Assembly: GCA_036388975.1 (NCBI GenBank)
Contig: DASVQT010000054.1
Span: forward strand, 5,838 to 69,837
Origin: Allosphingosinicella sp.
GTDB taxonomy: Bacteria > Pseudomonadota > Alphaproteobacteria > Sphingomonadales > Sphingomonadaceae
Direction: 5' to 3'
DNA length: 64,000 nt
The stretch's first letter is position 1; every line of letters starts with the position of its first letter. Position numbers and translations under genes: made by a program. Positions 27,050-35,766 of this stretch are shown here, one piece after another. The notes below the pieces were generated by a model. The model was not told the origin of the DNA. It was given only the letters and a program-made list of their open reading frames with translations, and did not search any database.

Positions 27050-28183
27050 TCAGCTATAGGCCGCGCCGATTCCCCCGCCAAGCGCCCGGCCGAGGAAGCT
27101 GTGGATGGGGGCGGCGGTCATGGGCCGTCTTCCGAGGCTGCGGGATGGACGTCCGCGCCGGCGGCGGGCGCGGAAGTTGACGAACTTGACGATACGTTGG
27201 GGGAGCGAGGGGGCCTCGCGCAGCGCCGCCAAAGCCTCCGCGATGAAGCTCGCGAGGGGCGGAACGGGCTCGTCGTCATCCTCCTCCCGGGCGAGGACGG
27301 CGTGCTGATAACGATGGGCGGCGGCCCAGACGGCCTCCGCCTCCGCTTCGGACGGGTCGTCGGCTGCGAGGCCGTTCTCCTCGCCGGACGCGCCTTCGGG
27401 AGCCTCGTCCTCCAAATCCTCCTCCTCGTCGTGGACACGCGGGGCGAAGGCGTAAAGGTGGGTCATGTCGCGCGTACGGGCGCCGTTCTCGCCGTCCTCG
27501 TCATAATCCTCGTCGTCATCGGCGTGGGTGCCGAGCTCGGGATAGATGATGAGCGGAAAGCCCCTGGCCTCGCGCTCGGCATCGCACTTCACGAAGTGGA
27601 GCACTTCGCCGAGATCGAGGGCGCGGCCTTCGCGGGTGTGCGCCCGTTCGGCGGTTTCGGCCTTGGGGCCGAACCGGTCCGGATCGCGGGTCCGGAGGAT
27701 GAACATGGTGAGCCGCTCGTCGAAGCGGCGGTGGGTGCCGACCAGCTCACCCTTGTAGAAATGCGGGATTTCGATGCCGTTCACGGCGCGGCTGTAGGCG
27801 CCGTCGCCGACCCTGCGGACGGCATTGTCCAGCGCGATGTCCCAGGCGAGGCGGAAGCTTTGCGCATCGGGGCGGCGGGCGAGCACGTAGGCGCTTTCGG
27901 TCGACTTGCCGATGCGGCGGCAGGCTTCGCTGACGCAGGCGGTTTCCGCCAGCGCCCGGATGAAGCCGATCTGCCGCCCGGGCGTCCAGCCGTCGCTGCG
28001 GGCGCGCAGCGGCACGGGATCGAAGTCCGGCACCGCTGGCGGCTCGGCGCCGCCGCGGGCGCGGCGAAGGCCTTCGGCGATGCCGGCCTTGTACGCCTCG
28101 GCTTCGGACGGGCTCTTCAGGTGGACGGAAGGAACGGACTCGTCGGTCGCCGCTCCGGGCTTGCTGGTGCGCTTCGTCTCCAT
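27050..28183 (-). CDS. Hypothetical protein with an N-terminal HTH-like domain and a long acidic region
   Basis: 377-aa ORF ending 3 nt before the parE start. It has an HTH-like segment (IGFIRALAETACVSEACRRIGKSTESAYVLARR), an acidic tract (DDDEDYDEDGE...EEEDLEDE) and a basic tail. Confidence 0.65.
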   Translation of the reverse strand: METKRTSKPGAATDESVPSVHLKSPSEAEAYKAGIAEGLRRARGGAEPPAVPDFDPVPLRARSDGWTPGRQIGFIRALAETACVSEACRRIGKSTESAYVLARRPDAQSFRLAWDIALDNAVRRVGDGAYSRAVNGIEIPHFYKGELVGTHRRFDERLTMFILRTRDPDRFGPKAETAERAHTREGRALDLGEVLHFVKCDAEREARGFPLIIYPELGTHADDDEDYDEDGENGARTRDMTHLYAFAPRVHDEEEDLEDEAPEGASGEENGLAADDPSEAEAEAVWAAAHRYQHAVLAREEDDDEPVPPLASFIAEALAALREAPSLPQRIVKFVNFRARRRRGRPSRSLGRRPMTAAPIHSFLGRALGGGIGAAYS

Positions 28184-28321
28184 CGTTCAGGATGGAGCAG
28201 AGGATAACCTACATTGCAAATCCCGGAATTCCGATGCGCGGCTCGGCAGCCGGCACCTTGCGGGGGACCGTCCGCGTTCGACCAGTTGCGGACATTCGCG
28301 GCAGCGGCCAAAAGCTTCTTT

Positions 28322-28759
28322 ATGGAACTCAGCGCGGTCACAGCCGAACTTCACGTGTTTGATGGCGAAGTGAAATGGGCGACGCCCATCCGGCTTGCCA
28401 TCTCCTTTGCCGATGGTTCGCATCTGCGTCTTAGCGGTGCTGGTGACGGCCAGACATTGTGCGTGGATCGACAGCAGCTAGAGCCGCCTGTGGACATGGG
28501 AGAATATGGCCGCACTGCCATCTTCGACCTCACGGATCGGCTCGACGCAACGCTCAGAAGCGCAGTCGTCGGCAGCCCAGTCGCAATCCGCCTCCCATCG
28601 GATCAGCTGGTGGGGTTGGCGCTACCTCGTGAGGTCGGAGACTCTTTCTGCGTCTGGATCGATGGAGACGAGTTCCATTGGGGCACTGAAGGAGAACTAA
28701 TGCGCCACGAGTGGCTGCCGGGGGAGCAACCCGTGCTGGCTGGTAATCTCGATGGCTGA
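28322..28759 (+). CDS. Hypothetical protein (lower-GC islet)
   Basis: ORF 28214..28759; the likely start is the ATG at 28322 (MELSAVTAEL). No family is recognised. Local GC is 53-62% in the three 60-nt lines I counted. Confidence 0.45.
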   Translation: MELSAVTAELHVFDGEVKWATPIRLAISFADGSHLRLSGAGDGQTLCVDRQQLEPPVDMGEYGRTAIFDLTDRLDATLRSAVVGSPVAIRLPSDQLVGLALPREVGDSFCVWIDGDEFHWGTEGELMRHEWLPGEQPVLAGNLDG

Positions 28760-28762
28760 CGA

Positions 28763-29161
28763 ATGTCCGCTTCCCACCCGTTGCGTACATGCCATGCGGT
28801 GTCTCATCATGGCGCCATGAGGCGCGACCGCGACAAATGGAAACCGGACACGTGGCGCTCCAGTCACCTGCGCGGCAAGACGCTCGCCGAGGACCTGGAT
28901 CTGCTGCTTGCCGACCTTTGCAGGCAGTGGGGCTTCTGCAGCGCGAGCGCCTGGGACATTGCGGAGGATCACGATGTCCTGACTCCGGATGCGTTCGCGA
29001 CGGTCGTGCTGGGGGCGGAAGGCTGGCCGGAGCCGGAGAAAGCCTGGGCCTGGCGCGTGGAGCTGACCAAGGTTTTCTCAGCCCGTTACGGCTCGCGCAT
29101 TTCGCCAAAGGATTACGACCACTCGCTTCGCCGAACGTCGGCTTTCCACCCAAGGCATTAG
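28763..29161 (+). CDS. Hypothetical protein (lower-GC islet)
   Basis: It begins 4 nt after the preceding ORF. An alternative start is at 28817 (MRRDRDKW). No family is recognised. Confidence 0.4.
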   Translation: MSASHPLRTCHAVSHHGAMRRDRDKWKPDTWRSSHLRGKTLAEDLDLLLADLCRQWGFCSASAWDIAEDHDVLTPDAFATVVLGAEGWPEPEKAWAWRVELTKVFSARYGSRISPKDYDHSLRRTSAFHPRH

Positions 29162-29244
29162 CATGACCGCCGAAGCCGGCGCCGCCGCTGGAGTGGCGGC
29201 GGCCATTCTCGGCCCCCCGGTCGTTGCCGCAAAGGCTGGGATCC

Positions 29245-29511
29245 GGTGCTCTTCATCCACGGCTCCGGCCTTCGCCGGAGCACGAGCGTCGGGCGCCGCG
29301 GTGCTCCGGCGAAGGCCGGAGCGTTGGCCTCCGGCAGTGCGTCAGCGGGTGGGGATCGGGGTCGTCGGTTCGCCGTCCCGTAGAGGCAACCGGACTTCAT
29401 TGCTCTTCATCCAAGGCTCCGGCCTTCGCCGGAGCACGATTGTTTCGCATGTCGGTGCTCCGGCGAAGGCCGGACCGTTGGCGGCGGTGCCTTAGCGGGT
29501 GGGGGGATCGG
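29245..29511. repeat. Two direct copies of a ~115-nt composite element built from family D hairpins
   Basis: Copy 1 is 29245-29359 and copy 2 is 29398-29511. Each contains GCTCCGGCCTTCGCCGGAGC plus GGTGCTCCGGCGAAGGCCGGA and ends in (T/C)AGCGGGTGGGG(GG)ATCGG. In copy 2 this end is the 3' terminus of the GDSL gene. Confidence 0.75.
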
Positions 29512-30415
29512 CGACGGGGATGGCGAGGCGGTCGGCGATGTCGCGGGCGATGAGGGCGTGGACGGCGGCGGTGGGGTGGACGCGGTCGAAGAGGACGTAG
29601 CCGGGGCAGCCGGCCGCCTGGGCGCGGTCGGCGAGGCAGTCGTCGCCGCCGTTGCGGGGCGCGCCGGGCATGGCGGCGGAGGCGGCGGTTTCGGGCGTCC
29701 AGGGGCGGAAGCCGAGCCGCTGCGCGTCGGCGAGGAGCCGCTGCCAAAGGGGCAGGAAGTCGTAGCGCAGGATGCGGACGCCCCCGGCGCGGGGGATGGA
29801 GTCCAGTTCGGCGTCGAGGGCGCGCTGGAGGGCGCGGCCGGCTTCGCTCGGGATCGGCGCGCCGGTGACGAGGATGTTGCGGGCGCCGGCGGCGATGAGC
29901 GCGCGCACGGCGTCGCCATAGCTTCGCGCCACCTGCCGGTGCGAGGCGTCCGTGCCGCCGCCGCGGCGCAGGTCGTTGCCGCCGAAGGTGAGGAGGAAGA
30001 GGGTGCGCGGATCCGGCCGGCCCGGCGAGGCGGCGCGCCAGGCGGCGACCTGCGCCGCCGCATCGGGGAGGCCGTCCTCATTGGCGAGCGCGCGGGCTCC
30101 GCCCCAGGCATAATTGCCGCCGCCGGCGCGCGACGGGGTGGTGACCCGGCCTTCGATGCCGAGCGCGATCCGGTCGGCGAAGGAATAACCGTTGGTGAAG
30201 CGCCCGGCGACATAGCCCTGGGCGGCGGCGGCGCGGGTGCCGGACGTGGCGAGATGGACGTTGCCGGCATCGACCAGGCTGTCGCCGAACACGACCAGCG
30301 AGGTGAAGGGGCGCCGGTCCTCGGCGGCGGGCGCGGGCGCGTTGCCGGACGGGGCGGCGTCCGCGCAGGCGGCGGAGGCGAGAAGGGCGAGGAGGAGGGA
30401 GAGCGGGCGCAGCAC
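29492..30415 (-). CDS. Secreted SGNH/GDSL hydrolase
   Basis: Signal peptide, block I FGDSLVDAGN and block V DRVHPT. Confidence 0.85.
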   Translation of the reverse strand: MLRPLSLLLALLASAACADAAPSGNAPAPAAEDRRPFTSLVVFGDSLVDAGNVHLATSGTRAAAAQGYVAGRFTNGYSFADRIALGIEGRVTTPSRAGGGNYAWGGARALANEDGLPDAAAQVAAWRAASPGRPDPRTLFLLTFGGNDLRRGGGTDASHRQVARSYGDAVRALIAAGARNILVTGAPIPSEAGRALQRALDAELDSIPRAGGVRILRYDFLPLWQRLLADAQRLGFRPWTPETAASAAMPGAPRNGGDDCLADRAQAAGCPGYVLFDRVHPTAAVHALIARDIADRLAIPVADPPTR

Positions 30416-30507
30416 GAGGCGGCTCCTTTTTTCGTTGTTCGAAAGGGGGTTAGCGGGCGCGGGGCGGGGCGTCCACCGGGCGGGCGGGGTGGAGACCAGT
30501 GATCATG

Positions 30508-30587
30508 TCTCGTTCGTCCCGAGCGAAGTCGAGGGGCGCTGCGCGGAGTCTGAGCTTGCGCCCCTCGACTGCGCTCGGGACGAACGA
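30508..30587. repeat. Family B palindromic intergenic repeat
   Basis: CTCGTTCGTCCCGAGCGAAGTCGAGGGGCG ... CGCCCCTCGACTGCGCTCGGGACGAACGAG, with 30-nt arms. A near-identical copy lies at 34493-34570. Confidence 0.85.
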
Positions 30588-30653
30588 GCTTTCTTGCGGC
30601 ATCTCGAGACCGCATTGTCAGCGGCACCGGGTTTGTTTTTCGAACCAGATGGC

Positions 30654-30683
30654 CTTGAACAAGGAAAGACACGAACCATATAG
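30654..30683 (+). promoter_or_regulatory. Candidate RpoH (sigma-32) promoter of the small heat-shock gene
   Basis: CTTGAA (30654-30659), 16 nt, then CCATATAG (30676-30683). Confidence 0.5.
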
Positions 30684-30754
30684 GGCGGTGCCGGATGCCT
30701 TTTCGGGTCCGGCGGGCCCTGGGCGTTCGCTCCCTCGGCGGGTGCCCACGGCCT

Positions 30755-30776
30755 TCCTTTGTTGCTCAATGGAGGA
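30755..30776 (+). promoter_or_regulatory. Possible SD-masking hairpin (RNA-thermometer-like) in the hsp20 5' UTR
   Basis: UCCUUU (30755-30760) can pair with GGAGGA (30771-30776, the only SD) through 4 Watson-Crick and 2 G-U pairs. The loop GUUGCUCAAU contains the UUGCU pentamer seen in ROSE elements. Confidence 0.25.
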
Positions 30777-30777
30777 C

Positions 30778-31269
30778 ATGATGAGGACCAATTTCGACTT
30801 TTCGCCCTATCGCCGTTCCACCGTCGGCTTCGACCGTTTGTTCGACATGCTGGAAAGCGGCGGCGGGGCCGGGGCGGCGGACAATTATCCGCCCTTCGAT
30901 CTCGAGCGCGTCAGCGACGACGAATATCGGATCACGCTCGCCGTGGCCGGCTTCCGCTCCGACGAGATCGACATCACGGCGCAGCAGAATCTGCTGATCG
31001 TCTCGGGCCGGCGGCGCGAGGACGGCGAGCGGCAATATATCCACCGCGGCATCGCGACGCGGGCGTTCGAGCGGCGCTTCGGCCTCGCCGATTATGTGCA
31101 GGTGAAGAGCGCCGACCTTGCGGACGGCATCCTTTCGATCGAGCTCGTCCGCGAGATCCCGGAAGAGATGAAGCCGCGCAAGGTGTCGATCGGCGGCGGC
31201 GCGCAGCCGCAGCGCATCGGCGAGCAAGGCAGCGGCAACGACAATGAAGCGGGGCGTGACGCCGCTTAA
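30778..31269 (+). CDS. Hsp20/IbpA-family small heat-shock protein
   Basis: Within ORF 30499..31269; ATGs occur at 30769, 30778 and 30781. The alpha-crystallin domain is YPPFDLERVSDDEYRITLAVAGF...GILSIEL. Confidence 0.9.
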   Translation: MMRTNFDFSPYRRSTVGFDRLFDMLESGGGAGAADNYPPFDLERVSDDEYRITLAVAGFRSDEIDITAQQNLLIVSGRRREDGERQYIHRGIATRAFERRFGLADYVQVKSADLADGILSIELVREIPEEMKPRKVSIGGGAQPQRIGEQGSGNDNEAGRDAA

Positions 31270-31305
31270 GCGGTTCGCGCCGCTTCGGGCTCAGGCCCGG
31301 TTTTG

Positions 31306-31343
31306 GGCTCCGGCTCCCGTTCGGCGGGGGCCGGGGCCTTTTT
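31306..31343 (+). terminator. Rho-independent terminator after hsp20
   Basis: GGCUCCGGCUCC (31306-31317) pairs with GGGGCCGGGGCC (31327-31338) in 12 bp including 2 G-U, followed by TTTTT (31339-31343). Confidence 0.6.
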
Positions 31344-31349
31344 CGTCTG

Positions 31350-31904
31350 TCAGAGCTTGGGCAGGGTGACGCCGCGCTGGCCCATATATTTGCCGGCGCG
31401 GTCGGCATAGCTCGTCTCGCAGGGCTCGTTGCCCTGGAGGAAGAGGAATTGGCAGGCGCCTTCGTTGGCGTAGACGCGGGCCGGGAGCGGCGTCGTGTTG
31501 GAGAATTCCAGCGTTACGTGGCCTTCCCAGCCGGGCTCGAGCGGCGTCACGTTGACGATGATTCCGCAGCGCGCATAGGTCGATTTGCCAAGGCAAATGA
31601 CGAGCACGTCGCGCGGCACCCGGAAATATTCCACGGTGCGGGCGAGGGCGAAGCTGTTGGGCGGGATGATGCAGCAATCGGTCTTGCGGTCGACGAAGCT
31701 GTTGGCGGCGAAGTCCTTCGGGTCGACGATGGCGCTGTCGACGTTGGTGAAGATCTTGAACTCGTCGGCGACGCGGGCGTCGTAGCCGTAGGAGGACAGG
31801 CCGTAGCTGATCGTGCCCTGGCGGCGCTGGCCGTCCTCGAACGGCTCGATCATGCCGTCTTCCAGCGCGCGGGCGCGGATCCATTTGTCGGACATGATGC
31901 TCAT
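31350..31904 (-). CDS. dcd: dCTP deaminase
   Basis: 184 aa with ...[14 protein letters not shown]...[15 protein letters not shown]...[13 protein letters not shown]..., canonical for Dcd. Confidence 0.95.
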   Translation of the reverse strand: MSIMSDKWIRARALEDGMIEPFEDGQRRQGTISYGLSSYGYDARVADEFKIFTNVDSAIVDPKDFAANSFVDRKTDCCIIPPNSFALARTVEYFRVPRDVLVICLGKSTYARCGIIVNVTPLEPGWEGHVTLEFSNTTPLPARVYANEGACQFLFLQGNEPCETSYADRAGKYMGQRGVTLPKL

Positions 31905-32299
31905 CGCGCGCGGCCTCCTTCGAGGATGCGGCCGCCGCAGCCGTGAAGCTCCGCGCCGGAAAGGCGGATGCGGACCTTGTCTTCGTAGACGATGCCGCGC
32001 GCTCCTTCGCAGCGGCTCCTGCGCGCTTCGATTCCGATCACCTGCACCCCTTCTCCCGATTCCCAGATTTGAGCGCCCGCCTCGCGCCGCGCCATGACAC
32101 GCGGATAGACCGCTTCCACCATGCGGCCGTTTTCGCCCGCCTTGGTGAGCACGATCCGGTCGTCGCCGATGGCGAGCAGCCAGAACGGCTCGGCGCCGAG
32201 CGCGTTGTAGCGCACGTCCGCGACCGGCGCATAGGGGCGCGGGCCCGCGCAGGCGGCGAGCGGCAGGAGAGCGAGGAGGAGCAGGGAGCGGGCGTTCAT
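31901..32299 (-). CDS. Hypothetical lipoprotein
   Basis: ORF 31901..32422; the real start is [19 protein letters not shown] (lipobox). An ATGA overlap couples it to dcd. Confidence 0.6.
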   Translation of the reverse strand: MNARSLLLLALLPLAACAGPRPYAPVADVRYNALGAEPFWLLAIGDDRIVLTKAGENGRMVEAVYPRVMARREAGAQIWESGEGVQVIGIEARRSRCEGARGIVYEDKVRIRLSGAELHGCGGRILEGGRAR

Positions 32300-32340
32300 G
32301 CCCTGAGCTTTCGCGGCTCCGGGGCGCGAGGGCAAGACGC

Positions 32341-32805
32341 TCACTTGATGTGGAGGACGCAAATCAGCGTGAACAGGCGCCGGGCGGTGTCGAAGTCGAG
32401 TTCGATCCGGCCGGCGAGGCATTCGATGAGCAGCTCGGCGGCTTCGTTGTGGACGGCGCGGCGGGCCATGTCGATCGCTTCGAGGCCGCGCGGCGAATCG
32501 GAGCGGACGGTTGCGAAATAGCTTTCGCAGATCGCGAAATAGTCGCGGATCGGGCGGCGGAAGCGGGCGAGGCCGAGGCGGATCGTCTCGAGCGGGGCGC
32601 CGGCCTCGTCCTTCAAGTCGATGGCGAGGCGGTTGTCTTCGACGCGAAGGGTGATGCGGAAGGGGCCGTCATGGCCGGCAGGGGCGAACATGTTGCGCTC
32701 GAGCAGGTCGAAGATCGCGATGCGGCGCTCCTGCTCGACGTCCGGATTGCGCCAGATGATCGTGCGCTCGTCGAGCGCGATGTCGATGATCCGGGGGTCG
32801 GGCAT
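32341..32805 (-). CDS. UPF0262-family protein
   Basis: ORF 32341..32883; the start is the ATG at 32805 ([13 protein letters not shown]...). [11 protein letters not shown]...F and the ICVLH tail are typical of alphaproteobacterial UPF0262. Confidence 0.75.
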   Translation of the reverse strand: MPDPRIIDIALDERTIIWRNPDVEQERRIAIFDLLERNMFAPAGHDGPFRITLRVEDNRLAIDLKDEAGAPLETIRLGLARFRRPIRDYFAICESYFATVRSDSPRGLEAIDMARRAVHNEAAELLIECLAGRIELDFDTARRLFTLICVLHIK

Positions 32806-32933
32806 GGGGAGGCGTTTAGCGGGGGCGGGGGCGGGGCGCCACACCCGCGGGCAGCCGAAACATCCACAGGCCGTCCACAACAAGATGGCCGTCGGGGCTA
32901 CCGCTCCGCACCCGCCCGGCCTAGTCTCCGGGC

Positions 32934-34454
32934 ATGGCCGACAACATCATCCGACTTGCCGAGACGCCGGCGCCCGAATCCCATGCCCTTCCCCAGAACG
33001 TGGAGGCGGAGGCGGCGCTGCTCGGCGCGCTGATGATCGACAACCGGCTCGCCGAAGACGTGCAGATGAAGCTTCGGCCGGACCATTTCTACGATCCGCT
33101 GCATGGGCGCATTTACGAAGCGATCCTGCGGCTGGTGGACCGGAACATGGTCGCCAATCCGGTGACGCTGCGTCCGCTCTTCGAAGCGGACGAGCAGATG
33201 AAGGAGCTGGGCGGGCCCTCCTATCTCGCGACGCTGACCGGGAGCGGGGCGGCGATCATCGGCGCGCGCGACTTTGCCGACCAGGTGTACGATCTGGCGC
33301 TGCTGCGGGCGCTGATCGGCGTCGGGCGCGACATGGTGGAGCATGCGCTCGACACGTCGGAGGACGTCGATCCCAAGGGCCAGATCGAGAGCGCGGAAGC
33401 GGCGCTCTACCGGGTGGCGGAGGAAGGGGGCGGCGAAGGGTCTGTGAAGAGCTTCGCCCAGGCGACGCGCATGGCCGTGCAGATGGCGGAAAAGGCGCTG
33501 AACACGGGCGGCGGCCTTTCGGGCCTCACCACCGGCTTCGACAGCTTCAACAGCCGCACCGGCGGCCTCCACCATTCGGATCTCATCATCCTCGCCGGCC
33601 GCCCGGGCATGGGCAAGACGGCGCTCGCCACCAACATCGCCTACAATGCGGCGCAAAGATATCTGCGCGACATGGAGGATGGGATCGAGCCGGCGCGCTC
33701 GGCCGGGGCGCCGGTCGCCTTCTTCAGCCTGGAAATGAGTTCGGACCAGCTCGCCACCCGCGTCCTCGCCGAAGCGTCGGGCATTCCGTCCGAAAGCCTG
33801 CGCATGGGCAAGATCAGCCAGGCCGACTTCCGCAATCTGGCGCGGGCGGCGGCGGAGCTGGAAGGGCTGCCGCTCTACATTGACGACACGCCGGGCCTCA
33901 CCATCGCGGCGCTGAGGACCCGCGCGCGGCGCTTGAAGCGCCAGCGCGGGATCGGGCTCATCATCGTCGATTACCTCCAGCTCCTCTCCGGCACCGGCAA
34001 ATCGAGCGGCGACAACCGCGTGCAGGAGATTTCGGAGATTTCGCGGGGTTTGAAGACGCTGGCCAAGGAGCTGAACGTGCCGGTGATCGCGCTGTCGCAG
34101 CTCAGCCGCCAGGTCGAGCAGCGCGAGAATAAGCGCCCCCAGCTTTCGGACCTTCGCGAATCCGGGTCGATCGAGCAGGACGCGGATATCGTGCTCTTCG
34201 TCTACCGCGAGGAATATTACGTCAATTTCCAGAAGCCCAAGGAAGCCTCGGCGGCGGCGGGCGACGACAGCGGATCGGTGGCGGCCTTCGAGGAATGGCA
34301 GCGGTCCATGGCGGACGTCCACGGGCGAGCCGAAGTGATCATCGCCAAGCAGCGCCACGGCGCGACCGGCACCGTGACGCTGAAGTTCGAAGCCAAGATC
34401 ACGCGCTTCTCGGATCTGGTGGACGACCGGTATATGCCGGAGGAGCGGGGGTAG
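32934..34454 (+). CDS. dnaB: Replicative DNA helicase
   Basis: 506 aa with LPQNVEAEAALLGALM at the N-terminus, Walker A GRPGMGKTALA, and IVDYLQL and SQLSR motifs. Confidence 0.97.
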   Translation: MADNIIRLAETPAPESHALPQNVEAEAALLGALMIDNRLAEDVQMKLRPDHFYDPLHGRIYEAILRLVDRNMVANPVTLRPLFEADEQMKELGGPSYLATLTGSGAAIIGARDFADQVYDLALLRALIGVGRDMVEHALDTSEDVDPKGQIESAEAALYRVAEEGGGEGSVKSFAQATRMAVQMAEKALNTGGGLSGLTTGFDSFNSRTGGLHHSDLIILAGRPGMGKTALATNIAYNAAQRYLRDMEDGIEPARSAGAPVAFFSLEMSSDQLATRVLAEASGIPSESLRMGKISQADFRNLARAAAELEGLPLYIDDTPGLTIAALRTRARRLKRQRGIGLIIVDYLQLLSGTGKSSGDNRVQEISEISRGLKTLAKELNVPVIALSQLSRQVEQRENKRPQLSDLRESGSIEQDADIVLFVYREEYYVNFQKPKEASAAAGDDSGSVAAFEEWQRSMADVHGRAEVIIAKQRHGATGTVTLKFEAKITRFSDLVDDRYMPEERG

Positions 34455-34492
34455 GGGGGCGGTGAAAGGGCTCCCTCAGGGAGTGCACAGTT

Positions 34493-34570
34493 CTCGTTCG
34501 TCCCGAGCGTAGTCGAGGGGCGCAAACTCAGCCTCCTAGCCGCGCCCCTCGACTTCGCTCGGGACGAACG
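34493..34570. repeat. Family B palindromic intergenic repeat
   Basis: CTCGTTCGTCCCGAGCGTAGTCGAGGGGCG ... CGCCCCTCGACTTCGCTCGGGACGAACG. It matches 30508-30587. Confidence 0.85.
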
Positions 34571-34701
34571 GGGGTGGTGACAGGCGCCGCGCTTCGCGTC
34601 ATTGCACCGACGGGTAGCGGCCCGGGAACCAAGGACCGGGCCGTTCATTGCGAAAGTCCCTCTTCTTGCCCGGCGCGACGCCGAGATCGGACCTGTTTTC
34701 G

Positions 34702-35766
34702 ATGCCGCCAACGATCGGCGTTCTAACCTTCCACCGCTGCATCAATTACGGATCCTACTGGCAGGCGCGTTCGCTGGTGACGGGGCTGCGCGACCGTGGG
34801 CATGAAGCGGTGCTGCTCGATCATGACTGTCCGCGGGTCAAATGGTCGGAATATCGCTGCGCCTTTCAGCCGTTGCTGCCGCAGCGCACCGCGCGTTCGG
34901 ATTTCCACGCTTATGCGCGCAAGGCGCGAAAGGTGCTGGACGCGGCGGACCGATTGCCCTTGTCGCGGCGCTTCGATCTCGACGCGCCGCAAGGGGCGGG
35001 CGGGCACGACATCGTGATGGTGGGATCGGACGAGGTCTGGAATTTGCGCCACCCCTGGTATGGCGGGCGCTCCATCTTCTACGGGGACGGGCTGGAGGCG
35101 GAGCGGCTGGTCTCCTATGCAGCGAGCTTCGGCAATCACGACGCCGCCTGGGGGCTGGACGGCTGGTGGGCCGACAAGTTGCGCGCCTTCGACGCCATTG
35201 CGGTGCGCGACGACAATTCAAAGGCGCTGGTGCGAAATGCGCTCGGCGCCGAGCCGGAGATCGTGCTCGATCCCTGCCTGCAATTCCCGCCGGAGGCCGC
35301 CACGGGCGAAACGCCGGCGCAGGACGCCTACATCGCCGTCTACGGGCACAACTTTCCGGACTGGTTCGCGCAGCGGGTGCGGGAATGGGCGGACCGGACG
35401 GGGCGGCGGCTGGTCAGCATCGGCTATCGCAACGATTGGGCGGACGAGCAGCATATCGACGCCGGGCCGGAGGATTTCGCGCGGATGATCGGGCGCTCGT
35501 CCGGAGTGGCGACCAACTTCTTCCACGGCTGCGTCTTTTCGCTGGTCGCGGACCGGCCGTTCGTTTGCGCGACGTCCGACTACCGATCGAACAAGGTGCG
35601 CGACCTGCTGCGCACCGTTGGCGCCGAGCCGCACCTCACGTCGGAAGCGGACGGCGCCGACCGGTTCGACGCGCTGCTCGGCGCACCGCTCGACCGGGCG
35701 ATCCACGAGCGGATCGAAGCGCTTCGCGGCCGCTCGACCCGGTATCTCGACCATGTCCTCGCCTGA
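34702..35766 (+). CDS. Polysaccharide pyruvyl transferase family protein
   Basis: ORF 34648..35766; the likely start is the ATG at 34702 (MPPTIGVLTFHRCINYGSYWQA), the typical N-terminus of this family. GSDEVWN and ATNFFHGCVFS motifs are present. Confidence 0.8.
   Translation: MPPTIGVLTFHRCINYGSYWQARSLVTGLRDRGHEAVLLDHDCPRVKWSEYRCAFQPLLPQRTARSDFHAYARKARKVLDAADRLPLSRRFDLDAPQGAGGHDIVMVGSDEVWNLRHPWYGGRSIFYGDGLEAERLVSYAASFGNHDAAWGLDGWWADKLRAFDAIAVRDDNSKALVRNALGAEPEIVLDPCLQFPPEAATGETPAQDAYIAVYGHNFPDWFAQRVREWADRTGRRLVSIGYRNDWADEQHIDAGPEDFARMIGRSSGVATNFFHGCVFSLVADRPFVCATSDYRSNKVRDLLRTVGAEPHLTSEADGADRFDALLGAPLDRAIHERIEALRGRSTRYLDHVLA

Noticed and set aside
29163-29495. 110-aa ORF, plus ORFs 29224..29553, 51038..51421 and 56129..56479
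   Set aside because: They are composed almost entirely of translated palindromic repeat units (PAFAGA, SLSKG, FDRLRLSG peptides). They are repeat-derived pseudo-ORFs.
27050-29511. Prophage remnant or integrated mobile element next to parE
   Set aside because: There is no integrase, transposase, tRNA attachment site or direct flanking att repeats. Only a vague terminase-small-subunit-like HTH resemblance and a roughly 1-kb lower-GC patch are present. These are reported as separate low-to-moderate-confidence findings instead.
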